Assembly (NCBI GenBank): GCA_965246885.1
Contig: OZ251992.1
Coordinates: forward strand, 736,001-800,000
Origin: Abditibacterium sp.
Lineage (GTDB): Bacteria; Armatimonadota; Abditibacteriia; Abditibacteriales; Abditibacteriaceae
DNA: 64,000 nt
Reading direction: 5' to 3'
Shown: positions 28,808 to 38,695 of the stretch, piece after piece
How positions within the stretch are numbered: the first letter of the stretch is position 1
Layout of the letters: every line of letters begins with the position of its first letter
Position numbers and translations under genes: made by a program
Notes under the pieces: generated by a model
Seen by the model: only the letters and a program-made list of their open reading frames with translations
What the model was told of the DNA's origin: nothing
Database searches by the model: none

Positions 28808-29803
28808 ATGTCTAAAGTCAAAATGGCCATCTTGGGTTGCGGCGGCATGAGCGGCGCGCACGCCGGACGCTACAAAGCCAACCCCGATGTCGAAATCGTC
28901 GCGCTGTGCGATGTCAGCGAGGAAATCGTCGAGGGCTACATCGCCCGCAACCTGCCCGATACTGCGCCCAAGCCGCGCGTTTTTACCGACTTCGCGGCGA
29001 TGCTCGCCGAGTCCGGCGCCGACGCCGTCACCATCGTCACGCCGCACACCATGCACTTCCAACACGGTTTGCAGGCCATTGAAGCGGGTGTGCACGTCTT
29101 CATGGAGAAGCCGATGGTAACGGATTCCGGCGACGCGGCGAAATTGAAGCAAGCGGTCGAGAAGTCCGGAAAAATCCTCGTGATTGGCTATAACACGCCG
29201 TGCACGCCCGCTTTTCGTTGGTTGCGCGACGCGATTCGGTCGAGCCGCTTTGGAAAGTTGGAAACCGTCACCGGCTGGCAAACGCAGAACTGGGCCAAAG
29301 CGACAGTCGGCACATGGCGCCAAAAGCCGGAGCTTTCCGGCGGCGGGCAGATGTACGATTCCGGCGCGCACATGTTCAACTCGCTCGTGTGGAGCGTCGA
29401 ATCCAACGTGGACAGCGTCTTCGCGTTCGCGGACAACCTCGACACGCCCGTTGACATCAACGGCGTCGTGACGGTGAAATTCACCAACGGCGTGTTGGCG
29501 ACCATGACCATTTCGGGCGACTGCAAGGTGGACGGGGCCGGGATGTACTACGCCTTTGAGAACGCCCGCGTGGACGTGGACGGCTGGGGCGGCGGCTGGA
29601 TCAAGCTGTTCACCGAGAACGGCAAGGAAGAGAAAATCGCGCTCGAAGGCGTCGCCCAATCGCCCAACGACAACTTCGTGGACGCCATCTTGGGCCGCGC
29701 GCCCGCGCAAACCTCGCCGCTCAACGGGCTGATTCAGTCGCAGCTCATGGACGCTATCTACCAAAGCGCCGCGAGCGGCCAAGTGGCGCGGCCCAAGAAT
29801 TAG
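28808..29803 (+). CDS. Gfo/Idh/MocA family oxidoreductase
   Basis: ILGCGG, MEKPM, WR....SGGG.MYDSGAH. Confidence 0.9.
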   Translation: MSKVKMAILGCGGMSGAHAGRYKANPDVEIVALCDVSEEIVEGYIARNLPDTAPKPRVFTDFAAMLAESGADAVTIVTPHTMHFQHGLQAIEAGVHVFMEKPMVTDSGDAAKLKQAVEKSGKILVIGYNTPCTPAFRWLRDAIRSSRFGKLETVTGWQTQNWAKATVGTWRQKPELSGGGQMYDSGAHMFNSLVWSVESNVDSVFAFADNLDTPVDINGVVTVKFTNGVLATMTISGDCKVDGAGMYYAFENARVDVDGWGGGWIKLFTENGKEEKIALEGVAQSPNDNFVDAILGRAPAQTSPLNGLIQSQLMDAIYQSAASGQVARPKN

Positions 29804-29913
29804 TAGGCCAGCGAATGAATTCGCAGCCAGCGAAAACGTGAACCTTTGTTGACGTGCTACCTTGTCGGCGAAGGCCGACGACTTTGCTGGCTGCGACTTC
29901 AGTCGCTGGCCAC
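29803..29913. repeat. REP/REPIN-like palindromic element between convergent genes
   Basis: gtaggccagcgaatgaattcgcagccagc is nearly the reverse complement of gctggctgcgacttcagtcgctggccac; inner stem cctttgttgac/gtcggcgaagg. Confidence 0.7.
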
Positions 29914-29915
29914 AC

Positions 29916-31481
29916 TCACTTCCCCGCCGCCAGCGCCGCCCTTAACGCGGTATGGGCGACGGGCTTGGTGAGGTGACTGTCAAATCCCGCGTCGTGGGCG
30001 CGCCTCGCGTCTTCGGGTTGGCCGTACCCTGTCACGGCGATGAGGCGGATGGAGTGGCCAAGCGCGGCGCGCGCGGCGGCGGCGACTTCATAACCGTCCA
30101 ACAAGGGAAGCCCGACATCCACGAAGGCGGCATCGGGACGGGTTTGCAGAATGAGTTCCAAACCGCTTTGTCCGTCGCCCGCCGCTTCGACGCTGTGCCC
30201 GTCGCGGCGCAAAAGCAGGCAGACGAGTTCGCGCGCGTCGTCGTTATCTTCGACAACGACGACGCGCCGGGGGGTGGCGGGTTCGGGGGGAATTGCGGCT
30301 TCGGCGTTGGGACGTTTCGCGACGCGAAGCGGCAAGCGCACCTCGAAGGTCGAGCCGCGCCCGACGCCTTCGGAATGGGCTGCGACCTGCCCGCCATGCA
30401 ACTTCACCAAGCCCTGCACAAGCGTCAGACCGATGCCAAGGCCGCCGCGCGCGCGGTCAATAGCTTGCTCGGACTGGGAGAACAAGTCGAAAACGCGCGG
30501 CAATAAATGCGCGTCCATGCCGATGCCGTTGTCCCGCACAGCGACGCGCGCGGCGTCATCCGCGACTTCGAGGCAAATCTCGATGCGTCCGCCGCGCGGG
30601 GTGTATTTGATGGCGTTGAAGAGCAGGTTGGACAACACTTGCTCCAAGCGCACGGGGTCTCCCTCGACTTCGAGGGGCGCCGAGTGCGGCGAAAAGGCGA
30701 TGTCGTGGTCGGCGCTTTTCTGGGCGACTTCAAGAGAGGACAGCGTGCGGCGCGCGACTTCGTTGAGGTCAACGGGTTGCATGTCGAGCGCGATTTTGCC
30801 GCGCGTGACGCGCGCGACATCGAGCAGATCGTCCACCAAGCGCGACAGAGTGCGGGTTTGGCGGGCGATGACTTCGCGCGGTGTTTTGGTCGGAGCGGCC
30901 TCGCCTTCGTCCAACAGGTCGAGCAATTCGACGGCGTAGCCGATGGCGGCGAGGGGGTTGCGCAGTTCGTGGCCGAGCATGGCGAGGAACTCGTCGCGGC
31001 GCGCGACTTCGCGCTCTTTTTCGGCGATGAGGTCGCGCTGAAGGTATTGGCGGGCGCGGGCTTTGAGGGCGAACTCGGTCGCGGCAACGAGGGTGGCGCG
31101 GCGCAGGGGGCGCTCCAAGATGGACAGGTTGCCGCCGGGGATGAGCTTGGAGATGCGCTCGAAGCCGTCGCCGTTTTCACTTTTGGCGGCGCGCGCGGGG
31201 CGCAGGAAGAGGATGGGCAAGTCGCTCCAGACGGGCTGAGAGGCCAAAAACACGTTCAGCCCTTGCAAGACGGCGGGCGTGCAGGCTTCTTCGGCGAGCA
31301 GAAGGGCGCCACTGCGCGGCAGGATGTCAGCCAGTTGCGTGGCGTCACCGACGACTTCGCCGTGCCACGCCGCGCGCTGGAGCGTGTCGCGCGCTAAGCC
31401 CGCGTCGCGCGCCGTCGCCGCGAGGATGGCGACAGTTTCGCCCGCGAGCGGTGGAAGAGAGTAGGGCGCGAACATGGGCAA
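29916..31481 (-). CDS. Hybrid sensor histidine kinase with degenerate N-terminal receiver
   Basis: GHELRNPL, NLLFNAIKY, DNGIG, GGLGIGL; C-terminal receiver FVDVGLP. Confidence 0.93.
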   Translation of the reverse strand: MPMFAPYSLPPLAGETVAILAATARDAGLARDTLQRAAWHGEVVGDATQLADILPRSGALLLAEEACTPAVLQGLNVFLASQPVWSDLPILFLRPARAAKSENGDGFERISKLIPGGNLSILERPLRRATLVAATEFALKARARQYLQRDLIAEKEREVARRDEFLAMLGHELRNPLAAIGYAVELLDLLDEGEAAPTKTPREVIARQTRTLSRLVDDLLDVARVTRGKIALDMQPVDLNEVARRTLSSLEVAQKSADHDIAFSPHSAPLEVEGDPVRLEQVLSNLLFNAIKYTPRGGRIEICLEVADDAARVAVRDNGIGMDAHLLPRVFDLFSQSEQAIDRARGGLGIGLTLVQGLVKLHGGQVAAHSEGVGRGSTFEVRLPLRVAKRPNAEAAIPPEPATPRRVVVVEDNDDARELVCLLLRRDGHSVEAAGDGQSGLELILQTRPDAAFVDVGLPLLDGYEVAAAARAALGHSIRLIAVTGYGQPEDARRAHDAGFDSHLTKPVAHTALRAALAAGK

Positions 31482-31607
31482 GAAGGCGAGCGAACTCCCT
31501 ATGAGCCGCCCCGCCTTGCCGATTTCTCAGGCAAGGCGGGTGCCATCGGTGGGTGGGCACGCCCTTGAATTGGTCTGTTAACCTTTCTCCCCGTTCAAGG
31601 AACCACT

Positions 31608-32732
31608 ATGGCAGCAAAACGCATCGGAATTTTAACAGGCGGCGGCGATTGCCCCGGCCTCAACCCCACCATCAAAGGCATTGTCACGCGCGCCGCCGAT
31701 CACGGCATCGAGTGCGTCGGCCTACTCAACGGCTGGAAGTCGCTCGTGGGCGACGCGCCCTTGTCGCGCCCGCTCACCGTAGACGACGTGCGCCCCATCA
31801 TCAAGCACGGCGGCACCATGCTGCACACCTCGCGCACCAACGCTTACAACGCCAAACAGCCCGAATTGTTGCCCAACCTCTTGCGCAACGTCGAGCGTTT
31901 GGGCCTCGATGCCCTCGTCGCCATCGGCGGCGACGACACCCTTTCCGTCGCCTCGCGCCTCACCAAAGGAGAGCGCCTCGCGCATCCCGTGCCGTGCGTG
32001 GGCGTGCCCAAAACGATGGACAACGACGTTCACGGCACCGACCAATGCTTCGGCTTCGACACTTCCGTCACGCTCGCCGTCGAAGCCATCGAGCGCTTGC
32101 GCGACACCGCCGACAGCCACAACCGCGTCATTGTCCTCGAAGTTTTCGGGCGCAAAGCGGGCTGGACGGCGCTTTATACCGCCGTCGCCGCCGATGCCGA
32201 CTACGTCCTCATCCCCGAACGCAACCCCGCCGACTTGGAGGGGATGTTCGCCAAACTGCGCGAAGTCAAAAAGCGCAGAGATTACGCCCTTGTCGTTGTC
32301 GCCGAGGGCGCCGACCATCCCGATTTGGACGAGTGGGCCGACGAAATCGCGCGCGGCTTGAACGGCACGCGCTTGGGCGAAGCGGCAGTCGAGATAGATT
32401 CCTTCGGCCACCCCATCCTCAAAGAGCGCCGCGTCGGGGACTGGTGCGCCTACAAGATCAAGCAAGAGTTGGGTTGGGACACCCGCGTATCCGTCATGGC
32501 GCACCTCATGCGCGGCGGCGCCCCGACTCTCGAAGACCGCATCTTGGGCGCCCGCTTAGGCATCGCCGCCGCCGATTACGTCGCCGAGGGCAGATTCGGC
32601 GTCATGGCCAGCCTCAAAGGGCAGGACATCGTGCCCTTCCCCTTGGAAGAGCTAACCGACGCGGACGGCAAGTCCATCACCCGCAACTGCACCCCCGACG
32701 CGCTGCGAATGGCGGATGTTTTGATGAAGTAG
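31608..32732 (+). CDS. pfkA: 6-phosphofructokinase, probably pyrophosphate-dependent
   Basis: TGGGDCPGLN, GGDDT and PKTMDND (Asp/Lys PPi signature). Confidence 0.9.
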   Translation: MAAKRIGILTGGGDCPGLNPTIKGIVTRAADHGIECVGLLNGWKSLVGDAPLSRPLTVDDVRPIIKHGGTMLHTSRTNAYNAKQPELLPNLLRNVERLGLDALVAIGGDDTLSVASRLTKGERLAHPVPCVGVPKTMDNDVHGTDQCFGFDTSVTLAVEAIERLRDTADSHNRVIVLEVFGRKAGWTALYTAVAADADYVLIPERNPADLEGMFAKLREVKKRRDYALVVVAEGADHPDLDEWADEIARGLNGTRLGEAAVEIDSFGHPILKERRVGDWCAYKIKQELGWDTRVSVMAHLMRGGAPTLEDRILGARLGIAAADYVAEGRFGVMASLKGQDIVPFPLEELTDADGKSITRNCTPDALRMADVLMK

Positions 32733-32774
32733 GACTGGGAAAAGCCGCGCTCATTTGGGCGCAGCTCTTGTATT

Positions 32775-33461
32775 TCAATGCGCTCTTCCTTCAATAGGCA
32801 AACCGCTTTGTGCGAACTGGCGCCCGTTCCACATAAAAATAGTGGTAGTGGTCATGCCGCCACTGCCGCCGGTTTCAACCAGTTCATATTCGCCGAATGT
32901 GCCTCGCGCAACCGAGTAGTAATTGTAGCCGCCTTCGCTTGCGTTAGATACTCTCGTGTCGCTTAGATAATCTCCGGCTAATCCATATGGGAACACGAAA
33001 AAAGTGTGGATCGTTGTGCTTGATTGATTATCATCCGCTTGAAACACTAATCCCTGCTTAGTCCGAGAGTTGAAGTAGCGCAATGAAATCTTGTCCGGCG
33101 CACGTTGGGCTGAGTAAGTGATGCTCGTCTGGTATATCGGTTTGACGGGATTCAAGAAGACGTCAAGGACAATAGGGGATTCGGTTAAGTGAGACCAAGA
33201 GCGCAGCTCTTGGGGTGTGATGGGGCCTTCATAGGAATTTCTGCCAACCGGGTAATCCTTGCCGTTTTTGGGAAAACGGCGCGGCGCTGTCCACACATGG
33301 ACGAGATACTTGGGCGCCCCCGGTGCAGGTGCGAGTTCGTAAGTGCCCAGTGAGACGATTCTCTGCGGCATCATCGCGCGAAGTTCGGGCGGCAAGGGTT
33401 TCGGCGCGGCCAACGCGGGCGCGGCGGAAACGGCCAAGGTGAGAAGGAGCAGTCGTTTCAT
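32775..33461 (-). CDS. Secreted hypothetical protein (paralog of 33590-34267)
   Basis: Signal peptide MKRLLLLTLAVSAAPALA; lower GC core; C-terminal WNG..F. Confidence 0.75.
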   Translation of the reverse strand: MKRLLLLTLAVSAAPALAAPKPLPPELRAMMPQRIVSLGTYELAPAPGAPKYLVHVWTAPRRFPKNGKDYPVGRNSYEGPITPQELRSWSHLTESPIVLDVFLNPVKPIYQTSITYSAQRAPDKISLRYFNSRTKQGLVFQADDNQSSTTIHTFFVFPYGLAGDYLSDTRVSNASEGGYNYYSVARGTFGEYELVETGGSGGMTTTTIFMWNGRQFAQSGLPIEGRAH

Positions 33462-33589
33462 CGGAAAAGGCGCCGCGTGTGCGGCGCCTTCTAAACTTTA
33501 AACGGATTTGGGGCGTGGCGCATAATTCCGAGGCACCTCGACGTCCTGCGCATGGTAGATGTTTCGATGAAGTAGGGGAAGAGCCGCGC

Positions 33590-34267
33590 TCATTTGGGCG
33601 CGGCTTTGCCTTGCCTCAAGCGGAAGGCCACGCCGTTCCAGTCGTAGGTTTCGGTGCGTATGTCGTTTGGGGCGAGCTTCGTCACATGTGTGATTGTCAG
33701 CTTGCCGTTTGATGTGCGCGTTGGAAAGTAGGACTCGCGGAAGCCTTGGTAGTTGGTAGAAGTGAAAATCACCGTCTTGTAGTCGGCTGGTCTGTTTCGT
33801 CTTCCTCCGATTGTGTTGGGGAAGACAAAGAAGCGGTGCCGGGTTTCAGTGACCCTTTCCATCTCTTGGCTTTCGTAAGTCGTCGAATCGTTTACCTGAA
33901 ACACGAATCCCCATCTCACTTCGGCGTCGAGGAAGCGAAGAGAAACGCTGCTTGGCGCGCTGTTCGCGCCATATACAATGCTCTTTACGATGGTGGGCCG
34001 TCCCCCGACTGGCGAGGAGAAGATGTCCATCACAACCGGTGCCTCGCTTCGTAGGTCGCCGAAGTATTCTTTATGGTGCGAAGCTGGGCGGGGCAATGTC
34101 CACACATGAACGATGCACGTGTCGGTTCCCGGCTGGAACCTCAAGTGGTAGACACCAAGAGATACCGCGTGGCGCGGCATTTCCGCTCGAATAAAGTGCG
34201 GTAACGGCCTTGGCGCGGCCAATGCGGGCGCGGCTAAAGCCAAGGTGAGAAGGAGCAGTCGTTTCAT
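33590..34267 (-). CDS. Secreted hypothetical protein (paralog of 32775-33461)
   Basis: Signal peptide MKRLLLLTLALAAPALA; shares VHVWT, P.V.D.F and WNG..F with the paralog. Confidence 0.75.
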   Translation of the reverse strand: MKRLLLLTLALAAPALAAPRPLPHFIRAEMPRHAVSLGVYHLRFQPGTDTCIVHVWTLPRPASHHKEYFGDLRSEAPVVMDIFSSPVGGRPTIVKSIVYGANSAPSSVSLRFLDAEVRWGFVFQVNDSTTYESQEMERVTETRHRFFVFPNTIGGRRNRPADYKTVIFTSTNYQGFRESYFPTRTSNGKLTITHVTKLAPNDIRTETYDWNGVAFRLRQGKAAPK

Positions 34268-34383
34268 CGAAAAAGGCGCGGCGTGCGTGGCGCCTTTTCC
34301 ATTTTAATCGGGCTTGGCTGCTTATCGGCTCACGCGGACGGAGGTTAGCTGGCCCCTGAGCGCCGAGCGACGCCAGAAAAGCT

Positions 34384-34413
34384 AAGGCGTCGTGTCTTCC
34401 GACACGACGCCTT
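34384..34413 (-). terminator. Intrinsic terminator downstream of the DUF1559 gene
   Basis: 13-bp perfect stem aaggcgtcgtgtc/gacacgacgcctt, GGAA loop on the minus strand, followed by agctttt. Confidence 0.75.
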
Positions 34414-34471
34414 GGGGTGGGCGCACGTTGCCCCTTTAGTAAGCGGCAGTAGCAGAAGCAACAGGCCCGCG

Positions 34472-35413
34472 TCAATTGGGGCTGAAAGTGGCGGCATAGC
34501 TGGAGTTGGAAGCACCGGCTGCGGTGACGTCTTTAAGTAGCGGACAATCGGTGTTGACACCGACGGCGGCGTTGGTGTCGGGGTTAACCAAGCCCGGAGC
34601 CACCGCAGCGCCTTTGAGCCATTTGATGTGACCGTCGCAAAAGGCGTAGTTGGCCCCGTCCAGATGGCGACCGGGGCCGTTGTAATTGCCCCCACTTCCC
34701 ACTGGCCCCGTCATGTTACCGGTTTCATACTTGATTCCTTCAGGGTTGACGACATTGTTAGTGATAGACCCAGACGTACTAATCAAATTCCCTTGGCTCC
34801 CATAAGTGGCAGGAGAACAAGCAACGGTGTTGGCTTGACAGCCGCTTTCGTAACCGCCGATGGAAGCGGAAGCGCCAGAGACTTCGACCAGCATGACGGT
34901 TTTGGAGGGAGAGTTAAGGGCCGCCAGTTTGCCGTTGACGCCCATATGCACACCCACCGTGCATCCGTCCCCAACCCCGAAGCCGGAATCGGAAGGCACT
35001 GCGGCGTTGTAAGCGTAAGAAACGGCGGTGGTGTTGGCAACTGGGGCAGTCGTATCGCTGGGGCAGGTGAAAATCTGCGTGCTCTTGATGTAGGGAGCCA
35101 GTTGGCCCGCCCACCCCGGCCCGTTGGCCCCAACTCCAGCATAAGGCGTTCCAGAAAGGCCGTTGGCCGGAGGCTCTGGCCAAGCAGTCATGGCCACTCC
35201 CTGCGGACAAGTCTCATCGTAGTCCTGTTGGTATTGCATAATACCTAACCCAATCTGTTTGAGGTTGGATTGGCAAGAAGAGCGGCGGGCGTTTTCGCGG
35301 GCGCGGGCGAAGGCCGGAAAGAGTATGGCTGCAAGTATAGCGATGATGGCGATAACTACCAATAATTCTATAAGGGTAAACGCGTTCCGCTTGCTTGGAT
35401 GAAGGTGTCTCAT
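34472..35413 (-). CDS. Prepilin-type N-terminal cleavage / DUF1559 protein with H-X9-DG motif
   Basis: [68 protein letters not shown]. Confidence 0.93.
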   Translation of the reverse strand: MRHLHPSKRNAFTLIELLVVIAIIAILAAILFPAFARARENARRSSCQSNLKQIGLGIMQYQQDYDETCPQGVAMTAWPEPPANGLSGTPYAGVGANGPGWAGQLAPYIKSTQIFTCPSDTTAPVANTTAVSYAYNAAVPSDSGFGVGDGCTVGVHMGVNGKLAALNSPSKTVMLVEVSGASASIGGYESGCQANTVACSPATYGSQGNLISTSGSITNNVVNPEGIKYETGNMTGPVGSGGNYNGPGRHLDGANYAFCDGHIKWLKGAAVAPGLVNPDTNAAVGVNTDCPLLKDVTAAGASNSSYAATFSPN

Positions 35414-35575
35414 AGTAGAACCCAAAGTATTCCTTTGACAACCATCTGCGCCTGTGCGAGCGCGGCGTAAAGGCGCACCGGGGCGGTGAAATGGCATCAT
35501 TCCTTCTATTATACCCACCAGAACACCGCTTCTAACACTTTGGCAAAAGAATTTTTCACACGTGTGGAGGCGCAT

Positions 35576-36904
35576 CTACCGGCTCACGCGGATGCGCTCG
35601 ACGCCGATGCGTTCGCTCATGATCTTTTCGACGGAGGGGAGTTGGATGTGCGGGGTGACAACGGCGGGCGGCGGGGCGGCGGGTTTTTCTTGGAAGACGA
35701 TTTCGTTGGGGGTGACGACTAAGCGCGGGGTTTCGACGGCGTTGGAGCGCACGAACTGGTCGCCGGGGGTGGACAGGTAGCGGGCGTTGGAAATGTCTTT
35801 GGCGTAGGTGCGGGCTTGTTCGGGCACGCGGGTGAGGCGGTAGTCGCCGTCGCCGTTTTGCCAGTTGAACCACGAGATCGCCTTGACGCGCGGGTAGCGC
35901 GTTTCAAGGGCGGCGAAGAACTGCTCGACCCACGTCACCTCGCCGGGGAAAAGGGAGTTGTAGCGGTTCTTTTCGGGCGAGGTCGCCCATTCGGTGATGA
36001 AGAACGGCTTGCGCGGCGCCAGTTCGCGGTAGATTGTGTCCATCGCGCTCATGCTGTTGCCCGAATAGAACGAGATGCCGACCCAATCCACGTAACTGTC
36101 GCCGGGATAATACGACTTGTAGGAGATGCCGCCGACATCGGGCACGTTGGGCGACCACACGAACGCCGCATTATTGGCGCCTTGCGCGCGGAAAATCGAA
36201 ACGATGTGGCGCCACGCCGCGACGTAATCGCTCGCCGTCGTGTTCGCGCCGGGAAAGGCTTGGGAGTAGGGATACCAGTTGCCGTTCATTTCGTGGTCTA
36301 TCGAGATGAAGACGGGGGATTTGAAATCCTTAATCGTGCGCGCGGCTTCGATGAAGTAAGCGTCCCACTGCCCGCCCGCGATGGCTTTGAGGTCGGCCAT
36401 CTTGCCGGTAGAAGCAAAGGCGTAGTCTTGCGTCGAGAACTTGACGAGCGACAGGGCGCCCAGCCGCTTGACGCGCTCCAAGGAGTAGGAGTAGTTCTGG
36501 CGCCAACTGGTGAGGCGCCCGTTTTCATAAGCGGAAGCAAACCACGTCACGACCGAGATGCGCTTGCCCGCCGCGCCATTGTATTGCGCGATCTGGCGGC
36601 GCAGGCCGTCCTCACTCCACGTGTCGGGCAGGCTCGCGCCGTGATAAACGCCGTTTCCGGCGGGTTCAAACTTGGCGCGCGGCCCGGTGATTTGCAAGTG
36701 CCCGGTGTCTATTAGGGGCGGCGGAATAACGACCGGGGTCGCGGAAGCGGCAACGCGGGGCGGCGAGGCCGCGAACGTGTCCGCCGGGAAAAAGACTGGC
36801 GCCTTTGGGATGGGCGGGAGGATAATTTTGATTTGCGCGCGCGCCCCCGACGCACTCGCAACACCCAGCGCAACGGCGAGAAAAAGGGGAGAACGAGAGG
36901 ACAT
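35576..36904 (-). CDS. Secreted GH26-family glycoside hydrolase
   Basis: HEMNGNWY, FVWSPN, YYPGDSYVDWVG, FITEW; signal peptide. Confidence 0.85.
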   Translation of the reverse strand: MSSRSPLFLAVALGVASASGARAQIKIILPPIPKAPVFFPADTFAASPPRVAASATPVVIPPPLIDTGHLQITGPRAKFEPAGNGVYHGASLPDTWSEDGLRRQIAQYNGAAGKRISVVTWFASAYENGRLTSWRQNYSYSLERVKRLGALSLVKFSTQDYAFASTGKMADLKAIAGGQWDAYFIEAARTIKDFKSPVFISIDHEMNGNWYPYSQAFPGANTTASDYVAAWRHIVSIFRAQGANNAAFVWSPNVPDVGGISYKSYYPGDSYVDWVGISFYSGNSMSAMDTIYRELAPRKPFFITEWATSPEKNRYNSLFPGEVTWVEQFFAALETRYPRVKAISWFNWQNGDGDYRLTRVPEQARTYAKDISNARYLSTPGDQFVRSNAVETPRLVVTPNEIVFQEKPAAPPPAVVTPHIQLPSVEKIMSERIGVERIRVSR

Positions 36905-36956
36905 GGCCACGAAGAACTGCTTCGGGTTATGCCATGTTTTTGCCGTTATAGTTGAT

Positions 36957-36982
36957 GGGGGCCAGCCTCCGGGCTGGCCCCC
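36957..36982 (-). terminator. Hairpin downstream of the deacetylase-PA14 gene
   Basis: 11-bp stem gggggccagcc/ggctggccccc with a 4-nt loop. Confidence 0.6.
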
Positions 36983-36991
36983 TGTTGAGCC

Positions 36992-38560
36992 TTACGAAGC
37001 GCCCGCGCTGGGTGCGGTGGTTTTGGCGGCGGCAGTCGCGGTAGTTGGCGCAGTCTTAGCGGCAGCTATTGGGGCGGCGGCGGCAGAAGTCGCCGATTTC
37101 GAGAACAAGACGGCTTGCGGCACGATTTGCCAGTTCTGGGTGCCATACGTCCACGCCAGATTAATCGCGCCCGCATTGGGGTCGGGGGTGTAGTCAATGC
37201 GAATCGGCACGCGCACCCCGCCCGTGAGCCAAGGGTAAACCGCCGAATTGCCCGACCCCGCGACCGCCCTGTCCACGACGAGTTGGTTGTTCACCCACAT
37301 CCGCGTCGCGCCAACGGAAGACAGCGACATGGTGTATTGGCCGGTAACGGGCGCAAGGAGGTCGCCCGTCCAACTGACAAGGAACTGGGTGCCGCTTACG
37401 CCTGCAACGGGCGCGACGCCCTGCCACGTGAAGTCCACCGTTTTGTCCACGCGCGTAGCGACGGGCGTCGAAAGGTTCGTCGTGTTGAAATAGGCGCCCG
37501 AAAGTCCGTCGCCAGTGGCGGGAACCGGCGTGGCGGTCGGCGCGGGGGTGGCAGTGGGAGCCGGGGTCGCCGTCGGTTTGGGCGTAGCGGTCGCGGTTGG
37601 CGCGGGTGTGGCCGTTGGTTTGGGGGTGGCCGTCGCTGTGGGTTTGGGGGTGGCAGTCGCGGTAGGCGTGGCGGTCGCCGTCGGCGTGGGCGTCGCTGTG
37701 GGTTTGGGCGTTGCAGTGGCAGTGGGTGCGGGGGTGGCCGTTGGCTTGGGTGTTGCTGTCGGGGTGGGGGCGGGTTTGGGCGTGGCCGTCGGCACGGGTG
37801 TTGGAGTGGCAGTGGGAGCGGGCGTCGGCGTGGGAACGGCGCGCTGGCGCAGCAAGTCGGGAACGGTGGCGAAGGAGTAGCCCTGTGCGCGCAGGTTGGC
37901 GATGATGGTGGGAAGCGCCGCGATGGTTTGCGAGCGGTCGCCGCCGCCATCGTGCATGAGCACGACCGCGCCCGGCGCCGCGTTCTTGGTCACGCTGTCA
38001 ATGATGCTTTGCGTGCCGGGCATAGACCAATCCTGCGGGTCAACCGACCAGACGATCACCGCGTCGTTCTGGTTTAGCGCCGCCTGAACCACGCCGTTAT
38101 CGAAGTTGCCGTACGGCGGGCGAAAAAGCGGCGTCGAGATGCCCAATTTAGCGAAAGAGGCGTCGGTGGTGGTGACTTCCCCGACCGGATCGCTCGGCGC
38201 TTGCAAGTGGTGGTAGGTGTGATTGCCCAAGGCGTGACCGCCGTTCTTTACAAGGGTGGTAAGCGCGGGGTTGGCGTCTATGTTGGCGCCGATCTCGAAG
38301 AAGGTGGCCTTGACGTTGTTATCGGCGAGAATCTTGAGGATGGCCTGCGTGTTGCCGGGTTGCGGGCCGTCATCGAAGGTGAGGGCGATCACCTTGTTGG
38401 TGGGCGCGACGGGCACGTTGTTGAAAACGTATCCTCTGGTGTCGGCAGGAATGGTGTATGTAGTCGTGATGGTCTGCGCGCGCGCCACGAGCGGCGACGA
38501 CAGCGCAAGTGCACCCGCGACGAGCAGGGCACCAATCGAACGGAAGACTGGAAATTTCAT
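36992..38560 (-). CDS. Secreted polysaccharide deacetylase (CE4/NodB) + Pro/Thr linker + PA14 domain
   Basis: [33 protein letters not shown]; about 100-aa PT linker; GLSGAYF PA14 start. Confidence 0.9.
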   Translation of the reverse strand: MKFPVFRSIGALLVAGALALSSPLVARAQTITTTYTIPADTRGYVFNNVPVAPTNKVIALTFDDGPQPGNTQAILKILADNNVKATFFEIGANIDANPALTTLVKNGGHALGNHTYHHLQAPSDPVGEVTTTDASFAKLGISTPLFRPPYGNFDNGVVQAALNQNDAVIVWSVDPQDWSMPGTQSIIDSVTKNAAPGAVVLMHDGGGDRSQTIAALPTIIANLRAQGYSFATVPDLLRQRAVPTPTPAPTATPTPVPTATPKPAPTPTATPKPTATPAPTATATPKPTATPTPTATATPTATATPKPTATATPKPTATPAPTATATPKPTATPAPTATPAPTATPVPATGDGLSGAYFNTTNLSTPVATRVDKTVDFTWQGVAPVAGVSGTQFLVSWTGDLLAPVTGQYTMSLSSVGATRMWVNNQLVVDRAVAGSGNSAVYPWLTGGVRVPIRIDYTPDPNAGAINLAWTYGTQNWQIVPQAVLFSKSATSAAAAPIAAAKTAPTTATAAAKTTAPSAGAS

Positions 38561-38695
38561 AACGCGGGGCAAAGTGTCACCGCGACTCCCGCGCGTGTCT
38601 ACGCGCCCTTGAGCGTTAAAGTTTCGTTTCGCCGAAAAAAACCTTGGGGAAACCCCTCAACTTGTGGCAAACCCGGCGCGGGCGGGCGATTATGC

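Noticed and set aside
32689..33608. Prophage or integrative element att sites
   Set aside because: The duplication is diverged, spans under 1 kb and no integrase is present; kept only as a cassette duplication
37515..37840. Repeat element within the deacetylase gene
   Set aside because: Ordinary Pro/Thr linker with synonymous variation between units
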